Below, in pieces: positions 10,905-20,689 of a stretch of DNA of 64,000 nt. The translations under genes and the position numbers were made by a program. The DNA lies in the NCBI GenBank assembly GCA_963710375.1, contig CAVPZX010000002.1:800001-864000 (forward strand), given 5' to 3'. The notes beneath the pieces are model-generated. The model made no database searches and was not told the DNA's origin. It saw only the letters and a program-made list of their open reading frames with translations. Source of the stretch: Nitrospirota bacterium (GTDB taxonomy: Bacteria > Nitrospirota > Thermodesulfovibrionia > Thermodesulfovibrionales > Dissulfurispiraceae). Each line of letters opens with the position of its first letter. The first letter of the stretch is position 1.

Positions 10905-11004
10905 TCATTTCCTCTCTTTTCTATAAAATATTGGTTATTATAACATATTGCTTCATTGCACCTTAAAAAAATCTGCCCGATATCTAAGGTATAATACAAC
11001 GACA

Positions 11005-11736
11005 ATGGCAATAGTGAAGGCAAGAGGACTCACAAAATTTTACGGTGACCTAAAGGCGGTTGATTCCGTTGACTTTCAGATCGAGAAGGGCGAATGCTTC
11101 GGGTTCCTGGGGCCGAACGGGGCAGGCAAAACAACAGTGATGAAGATCATTTACTGCTTCATGCCGCCGACTTCAGGCGATGTAACTGTATTCGGCATGC
11201 CTGTAACGGAAAAACCGAGCGCAATAAAGGCATGCATAGGTGTTATGCCACAGGAAGTCAATCTAGACCCCGACCTCACCGTGATCGAGAACCTTATCGT
11301 TTATGCACGGTATTTCGATATACCAAAAAAAAGGTCTCTCCCCATAGCCTGGGAACTGCTGGATTTTGCAGAGTTGCGGGAAAAGGCTGGCGCGAAAATA
11401 GAAAACCTGTCTGGAGGAATGAAGCACCGCCTGCTTCTTGCCCGCTCATTAGTCAACGATCCAGACCTGATGATTCTCGATGAGCCAACAACCGGGCTTG
11501 ATCCCCACAGCAGGCATGCGGTATGGGAAAAGCTGGAGAACCTGAAAGCAAAAGGGACGACACTGCTCCTGACCACTCACTACATGGAAGAAGCTGAAAA
11601 GCTCTGTGACCGGGTAGCGATCATGGATTCCGGAAAGATCGTGACTATCGATTCCCCTGAACATTTGATTGAGGCGCACGGCGGAAACCTCGAAGACGTA
11701 TATCTGAAACTCACCGGGAGGCAACTTGAAAGTTAA
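11005..11736 (+). CDS. ABC-2 exporter ATP-binding subunit (NodI-like)
   Basis: GPNGAGKTT, LSGGM, ILDEPTTGLDP, LTTHYMEEAE; ATG at 11005 preferred. Confidence 0.88.
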   Translation: MAIVKARGLTKFYGDLKAVDSVDFQIEKGECFGFLGPNGAGKTTVMKIIYCFMPPTSGDVTVFGMPVTEKPSAIKACIGVMPQEVNLDPDLTVIENLIVYARYFDIPKKRSLPIAWELLDFAELREKAGAKIENLSGGMKHRLLLARSLVNDPDLMILDEPTTGLDPHSRHAVWEKLENLKAKGTTLLLTTHYMEEAEKLCDRVAIMDSGKIVTIDSPEHLIEAHGGNLEDVYLKLTGRQLES

Positions 11737-12481
11737 GCGTGCATTCAGGGTTTGGCAGAGACACCTTTCTGTATATACTAAATTGTATAAATCGAGCTTC
11801 GCTCTCAATTTTGTCGAGCCGGTCCTGTACCTTGCAGCGCTGGGACTCGGGCTCGGAGCTTACATAAAAGAAATCAACGGGTCGCCGTATGTCAACTTCA
11901 TAGCACCAGGAATCATCGCTTCGTCATCAATGTTCGCATCCGTTTACGAGTGCACCTATGGCACCTTTGTGAGGATGACGTTTCAGAAAACCTTTGATGC
12001 GATACTCGCCACACCTGTCACAATTGATGACCTTATTGCCGGAGAATTGATGTGGGGCGCGACAAAAAGCGTCGTATACGGTACCATAATCATAGTAGTA
12101 ATATCGCTTTTCGGTCTTGTGGCCTCTCCCCTTGTGCTTGGTGTAATTCCTGTCCTCTTTATCAGCGGCCTTTTGTTTTCGGAAATATCATTGATCTTTG
12201 TAGCAAAAGTTCCGGGGATTGATTCCTTCAATTATTTTTACACTCTTTTTATGACTCCGATGTTTCTCTTTTCAGGCATTTTCTTTCCCATAGATACCCT
12301 CCCGCCACTAGTCGCCAAAATAGCATTCTTCACGCCGCTGTATCACCTTGTCAACATATGCCGGGCCTTTGCCCTCGGGAAGTTCTCAGCCGCTGCAGCA
12401 GATCTTGTTTGGCTCTTGGCTGTTTTTGCACTGCTTGCCGTTTATCCCTTCAGATTAATGCGCAGGCGTATAATAAAATAA
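11726..12481 (+). CDS. ABC-2 exporter permease (NodJ-like)
   Basis: 6 TM; EPVLYLAALGLGLG, FLFSGIFFP; overlaps the ATPase stop. Confidence 0.88.
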   Translation: MKVKRAFRVWQRHLSVYTKLYKSSFALNFVEPVLYLAALGLGLGAYIKEINGSPYVNFIAPGIIASSSMFASVYECTYGTFVRMTFQKTFDAILATPVTIDDLIAGELMWGATKSVVYGTIIIVVISLFGLVASPLVLGVIPVLFISGLLFSEISLIFVAKVPGIDSFNYFYTLFMTPMFLFSGIFFPIDTLPPLVAKIAFFTPLYHLVNICRAFALGKFSAAAADLVWLLAVFALLAVYPFRLMRRRIIK

Positions 12482-12483
12482 AT

Positions 12484-12975
12484 TTAACGCTCCTCCTTCC
12501 GGAGAACCCACATCCTGACATATACCTTATCGCCTTCCCTCCAATAAAATATGTTGAGAAGATCGGCGGCGCCATATACAAATGGCTGGTACAATGGCCG
12601 CACCTCATAACCGATTACCCTGCCGCTGCTGCTGTCAATGATCCTTGCTAACTGTGGCCTCGTAACATTCGGGTTCCGGCTGATGAAGTTGTATGCCCCG
12701 GCAAGCGCATCTTTTGCAGGCAAATCCTTTATAACCTTGTAATCGAAGTCCGGGGCATAGGGTACTATTGTATATGGGCTGTCTTCTTTGGCAAGAATGG
12801 CCACTGTTTCGAGAGCTTTCGCGTAAATGCCGCCATATAATATGAGAGAATAGGTTCCGGTAATTTCTTTTTCTGAGGCATCTTCTGTCCGGATCTCCTG
12901 TCTGAGCACGGCTCCGCATGCGGTGACCACAAGGGTGAAGAATAATCCCAGAACTGCAAGCATTAAATGTTTCAT
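12484..12975 (-). CDS. Hypothetical lipoprotein, tandem paralogue 1
   Basis: Lipobox VTAC after a hydrophobic stretch; strong SD before MKHLML; closely similar to the neighbour. Confidence 0.7.
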   Translation of the reverse strand: MKHLMLAVLGLFFTLVVTACGAVLRQEIRTEDASEKEITGTYSLILYGGIYAKALETVAILAKEDSPYTIVPYAPDFDYKVIKDLPAKDALAGAYNFISRNPNVTRPQLARIIDSSSGRVIGYEVRPLYQPFVYGAADLLNIFYWREGDKVYVRMWVLRKEER

Positions 12976-13067
12976 TAGTATCCCCTCCTCCTTTAACTTT
13001 TTCAGATTCCTCCCATATATCAAGCACCTTTTACACTATTCTTCGTAGAACTCATAAAATAAGGTCT

Positions 13068-13595
13068 TTATCGTTCATATTTCCGGAGCAAACTCATCCT
13101 GACAAATACCTTGTCGCCCTTCCTCCAATAATGGATGTCAACAATATCAGGGGCTGCTAATGTAAAGGTCAGGTAAAGAGGCCGGATCTCATACCCGATT
13201 ACCCTGCCGGTGCCGTCAACAATCCTGGCTGTCTGTGCCCTCGTAAAATCCGGATTCCGGCTGATGAAGCTGTATGCCACGGCAAGCGCCTCTTTTGCAG
13301 GCAGACGTTTTATAATCCTGTAATCGTATTCCGGGGTATAGGGTTCGATTGTATAGGGGCTATCTTCATCGGCGAGAATGGCCACAGTTTCCAGGGCCCT
13401 CGCGTAAATGCCGCCGTACAGTATGAGAGAATAGGTTCCCGTAATTTCTTTTTCAGAGGCATCTTCTGTCCGGATCTCATGCTTGAGCGAGAATCCGCAG
13501 GCGGTGACCACAAAGGAAAAGAATAATAACAGAACTGCCGACGACAAGTGTTTCAACTGTATCCTCATTCTAAAAACATACAACCCTTCTTTCAT
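13068..13595 (-). CDS. Hypothetical lipoprotein, tandem paralogue 2
   Basis: Lipobox VTAC; shares EIRTEDASEKEITGTYSLILYGGIYA and VIGYE.RPLY with the neighbour. Confidence 0.7.
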   Translation of the reverse strand: MKEGLYVFRMRIQLKHLSSAVLLLFFSFVVTACGFSLKHEIRTEDASEKEITGTYSLILYGGIYARALETVAILADEDSPYTIEPYTPEYDYRIIKRLPAKEALAVAYSFISRNPDFTRAQTARIVDGTGRVIGYEIRPLYLTFTLAAPDIVDIHYWRKGDKVFVRMSLLRKYER

Positions 13596-13621
13596 ATATC
13601 AATAACCTCTGACCCGCTGCC

Positions 13622-14236
13622 CTATTTTTCGTAAGACTCGAAGACCTTGCCAACCATCTTGGCCGATGGCTTCAGCGTCTTGTCACCTTCATCCTGCCAC
13701 TTAGCAGGGCATGCTTCGTCCCCAAACTTCGAGAGGTGGCTGTTAGCCTTGACCTTCCTTAAAAGCTCGACCATATTTCTTCCCATATTGTAGAAGTTGA
13801 CCTCGGCATTCAAAAGAATACCCTCGGGACTGATGATAAAGGTACCCCTCAGATCAAGTCCGGTCTCGTTGTTGTAGACGCCGAACATTTTAGATACAAC
13901 TCCACTGCGGTCGGCGCCCATTGGATATTTGGCATCTTTCAGCATTGTCTCCTCGCGCTGCCAGGCGAGATGGACAAATTTTGTGTCAGTGCTCACAGTT
14001 ATGACCTCGGCCCCAAGCTCCTTAAACTGATCGTACAACTCCGCAAGTGCGGCGAATTCGGTGGCGCATACAAAGGTAAAGTCAGCAGGATAAAACACAA
14101 GAACAGTCCATTGCTTGTTAGCCTTTAACATTTCGAGGCTGACTTCACCAAAATCGCCCTTTGTCGGTTCGTAGGTTTCGAGTTTGAAATCCGGTACCGT
14201 CTGCCCCACCCTTAATCCGCAACATATTTCACTCAT
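13622..14236 (-). CDS. ahpC: 2-Cys peroxiredoxin (AhpC family)
   Basis: FYPADFTFVCATE peroxidatic motif, RGTFII, resolving EACPAKW. Confidence 0.88.
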   Translation of the reverse strand: MSEICCGLRVGQTVPDFKLETYEPTKGDFGEVSLEMLKANKQWTVLVFYPADFTFVCATEFAALAELYDQFKELGAEVITVSTDTKFVHLAWQREETMLKDAKYPMGADRSGVVSKMFGVYNNETGLDLRGTFIISPEGILLNAEVNFYNMGRNMVELLRKVKANSHLSKFGDEACPAKWQDEGDKTLKPSAKMVGKVFESYEK

Positions 14237-14481
14237 AAGAACCTCCTGTAAAAAAATTATGCTCTTTATAGTAAAGCATATTATTTTTTTGCCCGTTCTG
14301 CAACTAAGTACTTCAGTTCATAAATACGGTGTCGCACCGAGAGGGTCGATGCGCCGTGCCGGCGAGGCGCACGACTGGTTGCGTACTGCGCGGGGATTGG
14401 TTTTGTCACCTGTTTTTTGTGTATAATTAAAGTTGGTGAAAAAGGCCTCAGTTTTGGAAATTAAATAGTTAGCAAGAGCCG

Positions 14482-16302
14482 GTGGAAATCAAAAACAAAT
14501 TCGACCCAACTACATCAACCGAAAGACTGCTTGACCTAATACGCGGCAAGAGTGATGGGACCGAAATTCATCAGGCCCAACAGCCCGTGAGACCCATAGT
14601 TATAAAGACAAGCAAATTAGTACGGCCGAAGTCAAAAACAAATTCTCAGTCGGTGACTGTGGGCATTGACATCGGATATGAAAATTTAAATCTGGTTAAG
14701 GCAGCTGGGTCTGCGCAAACATGGAAGATTTTAGAGTGCAAGAGCATCCCCATCCCTTCGGATATTGAAAAAGGATCAGACGCATTCAATGCTTTTTTGA
14801 AGTCAGCAGTGGTCCCTTTTTGCAGCGGTGCGAATAGGATCGAAACATGGGCCATCATGTCTTCTGCAGAGGTTGAGGTACGACTCATTCGCATTCCAAA
14901 GGTCCCTGCAAAAAATATCGAAGCAACCGTTTTCTGGACTCTTAAAAAAGAGGTGGCCATTAACGATACAGAATCTTTCCTGGACTATGAGGTGCGGGGA
15001 CAAATAAACGAATCCGGCATTGAAAAACTTAATGTCATGTGTTATGTGGCTCCCCTTGCAGCCATAGAAGAAACAAGGAAACTCTTCTCAAAAATCGGAG
15101 TGCAGCTGGCCGGCGTATCAATCATTTCGTTTGCAGTTCAGAATATCTTTTTGAATAACGTTATGCCCCTGCCTGAAAAACAGACCGCATGTCTGTTTAT
15201 CGGCAACAACTATTCCCGCATCGATCTGTACACCGACAGGAAACTGACAATGACGCGCGATATCATGACAGGTATTACCAGTATAGTTGAGACGCTGATA
15301 GAGGACATAAACAGCCTGACAAGCGAAGGCGGGAAGCATTCCCATGAGGAAGCCAGACAGATCCTTTTCGCCTTTACGCAGAGCAGCACCACTCCTCTTG
15401 TTCTCGCTGACGGCCTCTCTGTGGAAAGGGAAAAGGTTGACAGCATTGTCTCTCCTGTTCAGGAAAGGATAGTGCGTCAAATAGAGAGGACCTTCGAGCA
15501 TTTCACTTCGACCCTCGGATATGACAGGGTTGAAAAAATATATATTTCGAGTGTAATGCCTGTATCCAAAGCTATGGTCGATTATTGCGGCGCTCAACTT
15601 GGCATCGAGTGCGAAGTGTTTGACCCGCTTGAGCAGGTGCTGCAGACAAGCAGCTTTGAGAAACGGAATTCATTTATTCCTGCATTAGGCATTGCCCTGT
15701 CGGACAATGCTTATACTCCCAATTTCCTCCATTCCTTCAAGGACAAAAAAAAGGCCGAATATGTCGTGAAGTTTAACAAGGCTATTCTGATATGTTTAAT
15801 CGTTTCGCTGCTTGCATGTTCGGCCATTTTTGCATACGAATGGCTAGATATCGGCAACAAAAAGGCGGAATTGGCCCGGCTTGAGCAACAACTGCAAAAG
15901 AACTCTCCGCTCGTGAGTAAAGAAACATTCCTCCAGATAGCAGCTGCTGCAAAGCACAAACAGCAAAACTATGTCGAACTTAGCCATAGATACGTGGGAA
16001 TGGCCCTTATCGGAGAACTATCGTCCCTTACTCCGGAGTCCGTGAGCCTCACCAGTTTAAGGGCCGACTTTGCGGAAAAGCCAAAGGGAAACACATTAAA
16101 ATCTGAACACACCTCAGTAGTAGAGGGGATTATCAATGGCAATGAGAATATGCTCCAGACTCTGCTCGCCTCTTACGTGATGAAACTAAGATCCTCGCCG
16201 ATGTTTTCCGAAGTGAATGTTTCATCGAGCAAGATAGAAACATCAAAGCAGGGGTCTTCTCTCACTTTTGTGCTCAATCTTAAATTGGGGCCTAACAAAT
16301 GA
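14482..16302 (+). CDS. Type IV pilus alignment protein, PilM-PilN fusion
   Basis: Actin-like VGIDIG N-terminus, QIERTFEHF, single TM after NFL, then coiled-coil/PilN-like domain. Confidence 0.7.
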   Translation: MEIKNKFDPTTSTERLLDLIRGKSDGTEIHQAQQPVRPIVIKTSKLVRPKSKTNSQSVTVGIDIGYENLNLVKAAGSAQTWKILECKSIPIPSDIEKGSDAFNAFLKSAVVPFCSGANRIETWAIMSSAEVEVRLIRIPKVPAKNIEATVFWTLKKEVAINDTESFLDYEVRGQINESGIEKLNVMCYVAPLAAIEETRKLFSKIGVQLAGVSIISFAVQNIFLNNVMPLPEKQTACLFIGNNYSRIDLYTDRKLTMTRDIMTGITSIVETLIEDINSLTSEGGKHSHEEARQILFAFTQSSTTPLVLADGLSVEREKVDSIVSPVQERIVRQIERTFEHFTSTLGYDRVEKIYISSVMPVSKAMVDYCGAQLGIECEVFDPLEQVLQTSSFEKRNSFIPALGIALSDNAYTPNFLHSFKDKKKAEYVVKFNKAILICLIVSLLACSAIFAYEWLDIGNKKAELARLEQQLQKNSPLVSKETFLQIAAAAKHKQQNYVELSHRYVGMALIGELSSLTPESVSLTSLRADFAEKPKGNTLKSEHTSVVEGIINGNENMLQTLLASYVMKLRSSPMFSEVNVSSSKIETSKQGSSLTFVLNLKLGPNK

Positions 16303-16841
16303 AAAAAATCAGCGATATTATCTCTGTTCCAAGGGAGTGCGTGTCGAACCTGCTCTCAAGCCTCGCGACTGTTATCGTGTTCCTCTGCGTGGCTATTATT
16401 CCCGCCTACCTGTCCAGAGTAGCCGTTGAGCAAAAGATAACCAATGCAAAATATCGGCTTGATCAACATCAAACCCTGCTGCCGCTTTATGAGTCTCTTA
16501 AAAAAGCGCCCAGGGCTGACTTCCCGGCCCTTGCCGCACCAGTAAAAACCGCGCTTAAGAAGGCTGATGTCGGCAACGCCTTGTCAGCGGTGCGGGATAT
16601 TGCAGGCAAGTCCTCCATGACAGTTAATTACATTAACCCTGATCTAAGCGAAGCCTCCTCTCATACTCAGTCTCTTGCTGTGGATGTATCGCTCAAGGGG
16701 AGTTTTGAAAACTTTAGAACCATGCTGGCGGATATAGGCGCGCTGCCGTATGTGGAAAGTCTCGAAAACCTTTCAATACAGCGGGAGCCGAATGGACAGG
16801 CACTTGATATCAAAATGAAAATAATAGTGGCATTGAGTTGA
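16299..16841 (+). CDS. PilO-like pilus assembly protein
   Basis: N-terminal TM; V.LKGSFENFR..L..I..LP ferredoxin-like motif; operon position. Confidence 0.65.
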   Translation: MKKISDIISVPRECVSNLLSSLATVIVFLCVAIIPAYLSRVAVEQKITNAKYRLDQHQTLLPLYESLKKAPRADFPALAAPVKTALKKADVGNALSAVRDIAGKSSMTVNYINPDLSEASSHTQSLAVDVSLKGSFENFRTMLADIGALPYVESLENLSIQREPNGQALDIKMKIIVALS

Positions 16842-17347
16842 AAACATTTATTGATGCCAAGAAAAGACAGGGCATTATTTTAGGTGTCATGGTACTCGTC
16901 ATTATATATGGCTTTTACAGTCTGATAATGGCTTCGAGGGTAAAGCTGGCAGCGCCCAATTCGAATATGAGGGCAGCGGAACTCCAGTCATTTGTCACGC
17001 AGACCACTGCAACTATCGGCAGCGAGATGCCCTCTGCTTATGATATCTACGTTGCAAGCCGGGCCGGGAGCCCATGGGAAAGCAATCCTTTTTATCGGAA
17101 AGGCTGGGCTGAAAACAGCGGGCATAGCCGGTCAAAGGACAACACCTCCCTGCAATCTCTTTTCGTATATTCCGGCTATATAGAAACAGGCACTCGTAAG
17201 GTGGCCGTAATCAACGATACCGAATACATGGCCGGCGATCCCCTGGTGGATAAGAAGGGATTTTTTGTGAAAAAAATTTCACCTTCCAGTGTACTGATAG
17301 AGAACAGAAAAGAGAAAACAGAGTTCACGGTTCCATTATCTGAATAA
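16838..17347 (+). CDS. PilP/MshK/GspB-like pilus assembly protein
   Basis: TM, W..NPF motif, YSGYIE...AVIND...Y..GD. Confidence 0.6.
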   Translation: MKTFIDAKKRQGIILGVMVLVIIYGFYSLIMASRVKLAAPNSNMRAAELQSFVTQTTATIGSEMPSAYDIYVASRAGSPWESNPFYRKGWAENSGHSRSKDNTSLQSLFVYSGYIETGTRKVAVINDTEYMAGDPLVDKKGFFVKKISPSSVLIENRKEKTEFTVPLSE

Positions 17348-17481
17348 GAAGAAAGAGAATACTCAGAGTAAAAACAAACTGGCCCACTACCGCTAAGTTA
17401 CCTCCCTATCGCTCGATCTGGGATTAGAGTAGATAAGCTATAAAACCCTGCTGACAAAAAATAAAGATTATAATTTGTGGC

Positions 17482-17590
17482 ATTTTTCCATAGATATTGG
17501 AATTAATTCATATGCACATTGGATGATATTCCTCAAAACCTCAATAAATCAAAAAGATAATACGTTGTGCCACCTGGCACAGCCTTTGCT
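17482..17590 (+). promoter_or_regulatory. sigma54 promoter module upstream of pilQ (activator palindrome, IHF-like site, -24/-12)
   Basis: TTCCA-N7-TGGAA at 17486-17502; AATCAAAAAGATA; TGGCACAGCCTTTGCT at 17575-17590; homologous to 22462-22571. Confidence 0.82.
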
Positions 17591-17685
17591 ACACAATTGA
17601 CCCAAAGGGGATAAGAAATGCAACTACGGATATATGCGCCTCTAAGCAAGAAAAAGGGGAATAAAATGATAATAGGCGGCGGGTC

Positions 17686-19476
17686 ATGAGTCATGGGTCA
17701 TGGATTGTCGATAAAAATAAATCTATAGCCCTTAGCCTGTTGCCTATTGCCTATAGCGCTTCCTCTGCCGTCTCACGTAGAAGAGCATGCCTAAAGGCAG
17801 CTACTTCCGGTACTTTTGGGGCTGTGGTTAAAATTTGTGTTTTGATCCTTTTCCTGGCGCTGGCTGGTGGATGTGCAGGCAGTAAGCAGGAAGCTAAAGC
17901 TCCTTTTCAGGATAAGGAGGTAAACTGGGAAAAACTTGCGGAAATATCAAAAGGTCATTCACCTTCTCCGATTAAGAAAACCATTGATATTCATGATTAC
18001 CAGCAACAAATTGAGAAGGAAAGTTCTGGGGTCAAGGAAAAACCGCTGCCTTCCAAAAAGGTAAGCCTGAAAATGCGGAATGCTGATCTCAAATCCATAT
18101 TACGCGCTTTGGCCCGGGCAACGGACATTAATCTTTTTGTGAAGGATGACATCAAAGTGATGACGAGTGTTGATTTTGAGGCAGTGCCGTGGGACGAGGT
18201 GTTCAACAGCCTGCTGAAAGCTTATAGCCTGACCTATGTTTGGGAGGGTGATATCCTCCGCGTCTTATCTAATGATGATCTGGAGCAGCAGCTTAAGGCG
18301 GAAACAACCAGGGGAAAGCTCGAAACCCAGGAATTGCAGGACATGGCTTTGAGGCCGCTCTCCACCGTAGTAGTCCCGATAGACTACGCTGATACGAAAT
18401 CTCTAAGGGACGACCTGCAGGAGTTTCTGACAAAAGATAAGGACACAAAGGTAGCTCGCGGTACTGTCCGGGTGGACCAGCACAGCAACTCACTTATCAT
18501 ACAGGCATCGCACGAGGACATAGAGAAAATGCTGCCTGTAATAGAGAAAATAGACAAGCCGACGCCTCAAATACTTATCCGTGCCAATATTGTAGAGACT
18601 ACAAAGGATGTGGCGAGAAACCTCGGCATCCAGTGGGGCGGCATCATGAAGGCCGGCAATCTTTGGTTGACGCCTGGAGGAGGAACATCCTCTACTACCG
18701 GCACTTCAAGTACATCAAGCTCTTCCACCGGCCCTGCAAATCCTGTTACCACAGGCACCTCTGCTGTCACCAGCGGAGGCTATTCTCCCACCTCAGGGTC
18801 AACCGGGCTGAGCGGGCAGGGCATGGGCGTAAGTTTCCCTGTTTCATCAACTGCCATCAACGCTGCAGGCGGTGTTGGAGCACTCGGACTTATGTGGGGG
18901 ACTATAGGCGGCACCATTCTTGAGACCCAGCTGCAGGCCCTTCAAACTGAAGGAAAAGCCAACATAATATCGAGCCCATCCCTGACAACAGTTGACAACG
19001 AGAAGGCATTTACCGAAAGCGGCACGACAGTGCCCTATGTAACATATACGTTATCAGGCGGAAGTTCTACCCCGACCGTAAACTTTGTTGATGCTGTTCT
19101 CAGGCTTGAGATAACCCCGCACGTTATTGGCGGCAAGAATCTTAAAATGATTATTGTTGTGAAAAAGAATGATGTAGACACCTCACAAACAGTACAGGGG
19201 AACCCTTTCATAATCAAAAAACAGACCGAAACAACGCTGATTGTGGAGAATGGCGAGACTATTGTCATAGCAGGACTGACCAGTCTAAATCATACCCATA
19301 ATACGAATGGAGTGCCATTGCTTCAGGACGTTCCAGTGCTGGGAAATCTTTTCAAGGGAGACTCAAAGGAAGATTCCTCGGACCAAGTTCTCATATTCAT
19401 TACCCCTTACATTTTACCGAGATCCGGCGACTTGGCCGAAGCGAGTAATGATGGTCATGCAACGCCGAAGGAATAA
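17686..19476 (+). CDS. pilQ: Type IV pilus secretin (lipoprotein type); true start uncertain
   Basis: LAGGC lipobox, STN/N domains, PQILIRANIVE, LGIQWG, VPLLQDVPVLGNLFK, LIFITPYI. Confidence 0.88.
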   Translation: MSHGSWIVDKNKSIALSLLPIAYSASSAVSRRRACLKAATSGTFGAVVKICVLILFLALAGGCAGSKQEAKAPFQDKEVNWEKLAEISKGHSPSPIKKTIDIHDYQQQIEKESSGVKEKPLPSKKVSLKMRNADLKSILRALARATDINLFVKDDIKVMTSVDFEAVPWDEVFNSLLKAYSLTYVWEGDILRVLSNDDLEQQLKAETTRGKLETQELQDMALRPLSTVVVPIDYADTKSLRDDLQEFLTKDKDTKVARGTVRVDQHSNSLIIQASHEDIEKMLPVIEKIDKPTPQILIRANIVETTKDVARNLGIQWGGIMKAGNLWLTPGGGTSSTTGTSSTSSSSTGPANPVTTGTSAVTSGGYSPTSGSTGLSGQGMGVSFPVSSTAINAAGGVGALGLMWGTIGGTILETQLQALQTEGKANIISSPSLTTVDNEKAFTESGTTVPYVTYTLSGGSSTPTVNFVDAVLRLEITPHVIGGKNLKMIIVVKKNDVDTSQTVQGNPFIIKKQTETTLIVENGETIVIAGLTSLNHTHNTNGVPLLQDVPVLGNLFKGDSKEDSSDQVLIFITPYILPRSGDLAEASNDGHATPKE

Positions 19477-20689
19477 GTGATCATGGACTATTTCAGGATT
19501 CTGAATCTTAAAAGGGAACCTTTTTCCAATACCCCTGACCCCGAACTGTTTTATCCGTCACGCAATCACGTGGAATGTTTGCAGAGGATCGAAATGGCCA
19601 TTCGTCTCAAGCGGGGGTTGAACGTAGTAATCGCAGAGGTCGGAACAGGAAAAACGACTTTGTGCAGGCAGACTCATCCAGCAGATTTCTACAGCAGAGG
19701 GAAATGAATTGATAGATCTGCACCTCATACTGGATCCATCCTTCTCCAGTTCCAGTGAATTCCTTTCAGTTATAGCAGGGTGTTTTGGCCTGATCCCGCA
19801 CGGCGAAAACATCATTGACCGGAGCGATTGGCAACTGAAGGAATCGATCAAGAATTACCTTTTATCAAAGGGAGTGGAAGAGGGGAAAATAGTGGCACTT
19901 CTGATAGATGAGGGCCAAAAACTACCGGATTTTTGCCTTGAAATATTGCGCGAGTTTCTTAATTGTGAAACCAATGACAGCAAACTCCTCCAGATAGTGA
20001 TTTTCGCCCAAAATGAATTCAAGGAACAAATTAACGCGCAGGCCAATTTTGCAGATCGGATCAATTTGTGTTATTCCCTGACTCCGTTCGGTTTCAGGGA
20101 AACCTGCAGAATGATAAAGTACCGCATCAACGAAACGAGCGTGAATGGCGCAGGCCGGGTGCTGTTTACTTTGCCGGGACTGTTTGCCGTTTACAGGGTT
20201 ACGGCAGGCTACCCCCGCTCCATCAATATGCTTTGTCATCATGTAATGCTCGCGCTAATAATTCAGAACCGTGTCAAGGCTGGGTGGTCCCTGGTACGCT
20301 CCTGCGCCGGCAGGCTCGCCATCAAACGGCGGAGGCCGGTCAATCTGCGGTTGGCGTTCATGGTCACAATACTAATGGTGTCGTTCTCATTTCTCGCATT
20401 TGCCTATTATGAACCTTTATTGAAAACAGCCTCATCGATAACAGGACTTTTTCAGGCAGTGGCTGAGGACCAGCTCGCCGTCAACTCAAGGCCGCAACCA
20501 GATCCCTCTGAATCAGGCGAAAGAAAAAACGCACCGTCCGTTCCCTGGCAATGGTTCATGGAAAAAGGCCGGCCCCCGGCGATAAAATCAGTTTTCCAGA
20601 CAGTGCCGGAGCAACCGCTCGCCGTCAACTCAAGGCCGCAACCAGATCCCTCTGAATCAGGAGATAAGAATGCGGAGGACAGACTGTGA
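19477..20689 (+). CDS. ExeA/MshM-like AAA ATPase with TM, split by one extra A at 19672
   Basis: PFSNTPDP, AEVGTGKTT Walker A; after correction continues RQLIQQ... into LLIDEGQ Walker B and GYPRSINMLC. Confidence 0.82.
20473..20661 (+). repeat. 45-bp exact direct repeat, 144-bp period, in the ExeA C-terminal tail
   Basis: GCTCGCCGTCAACTCAAGGCCGCAACCAGATCCCTCTGAATCAGG at 20473-20517 and 20617-20661 (LAVNSRPQPDPSESG twice). Confidence 0.9.

Noticed and set aside
13622..14236. AhpC as a selenoprotein or inactive variant (VCAT instead of VCPT)
   Set aside because: No in-frame TGA; both catalytic cysteines and the conserved Thr/Arg are present
14327..14400. GC-rich hairpins between ahpC and pilM
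   Set aside because: Single occurrence with no recognisable RNA family or repeat partner
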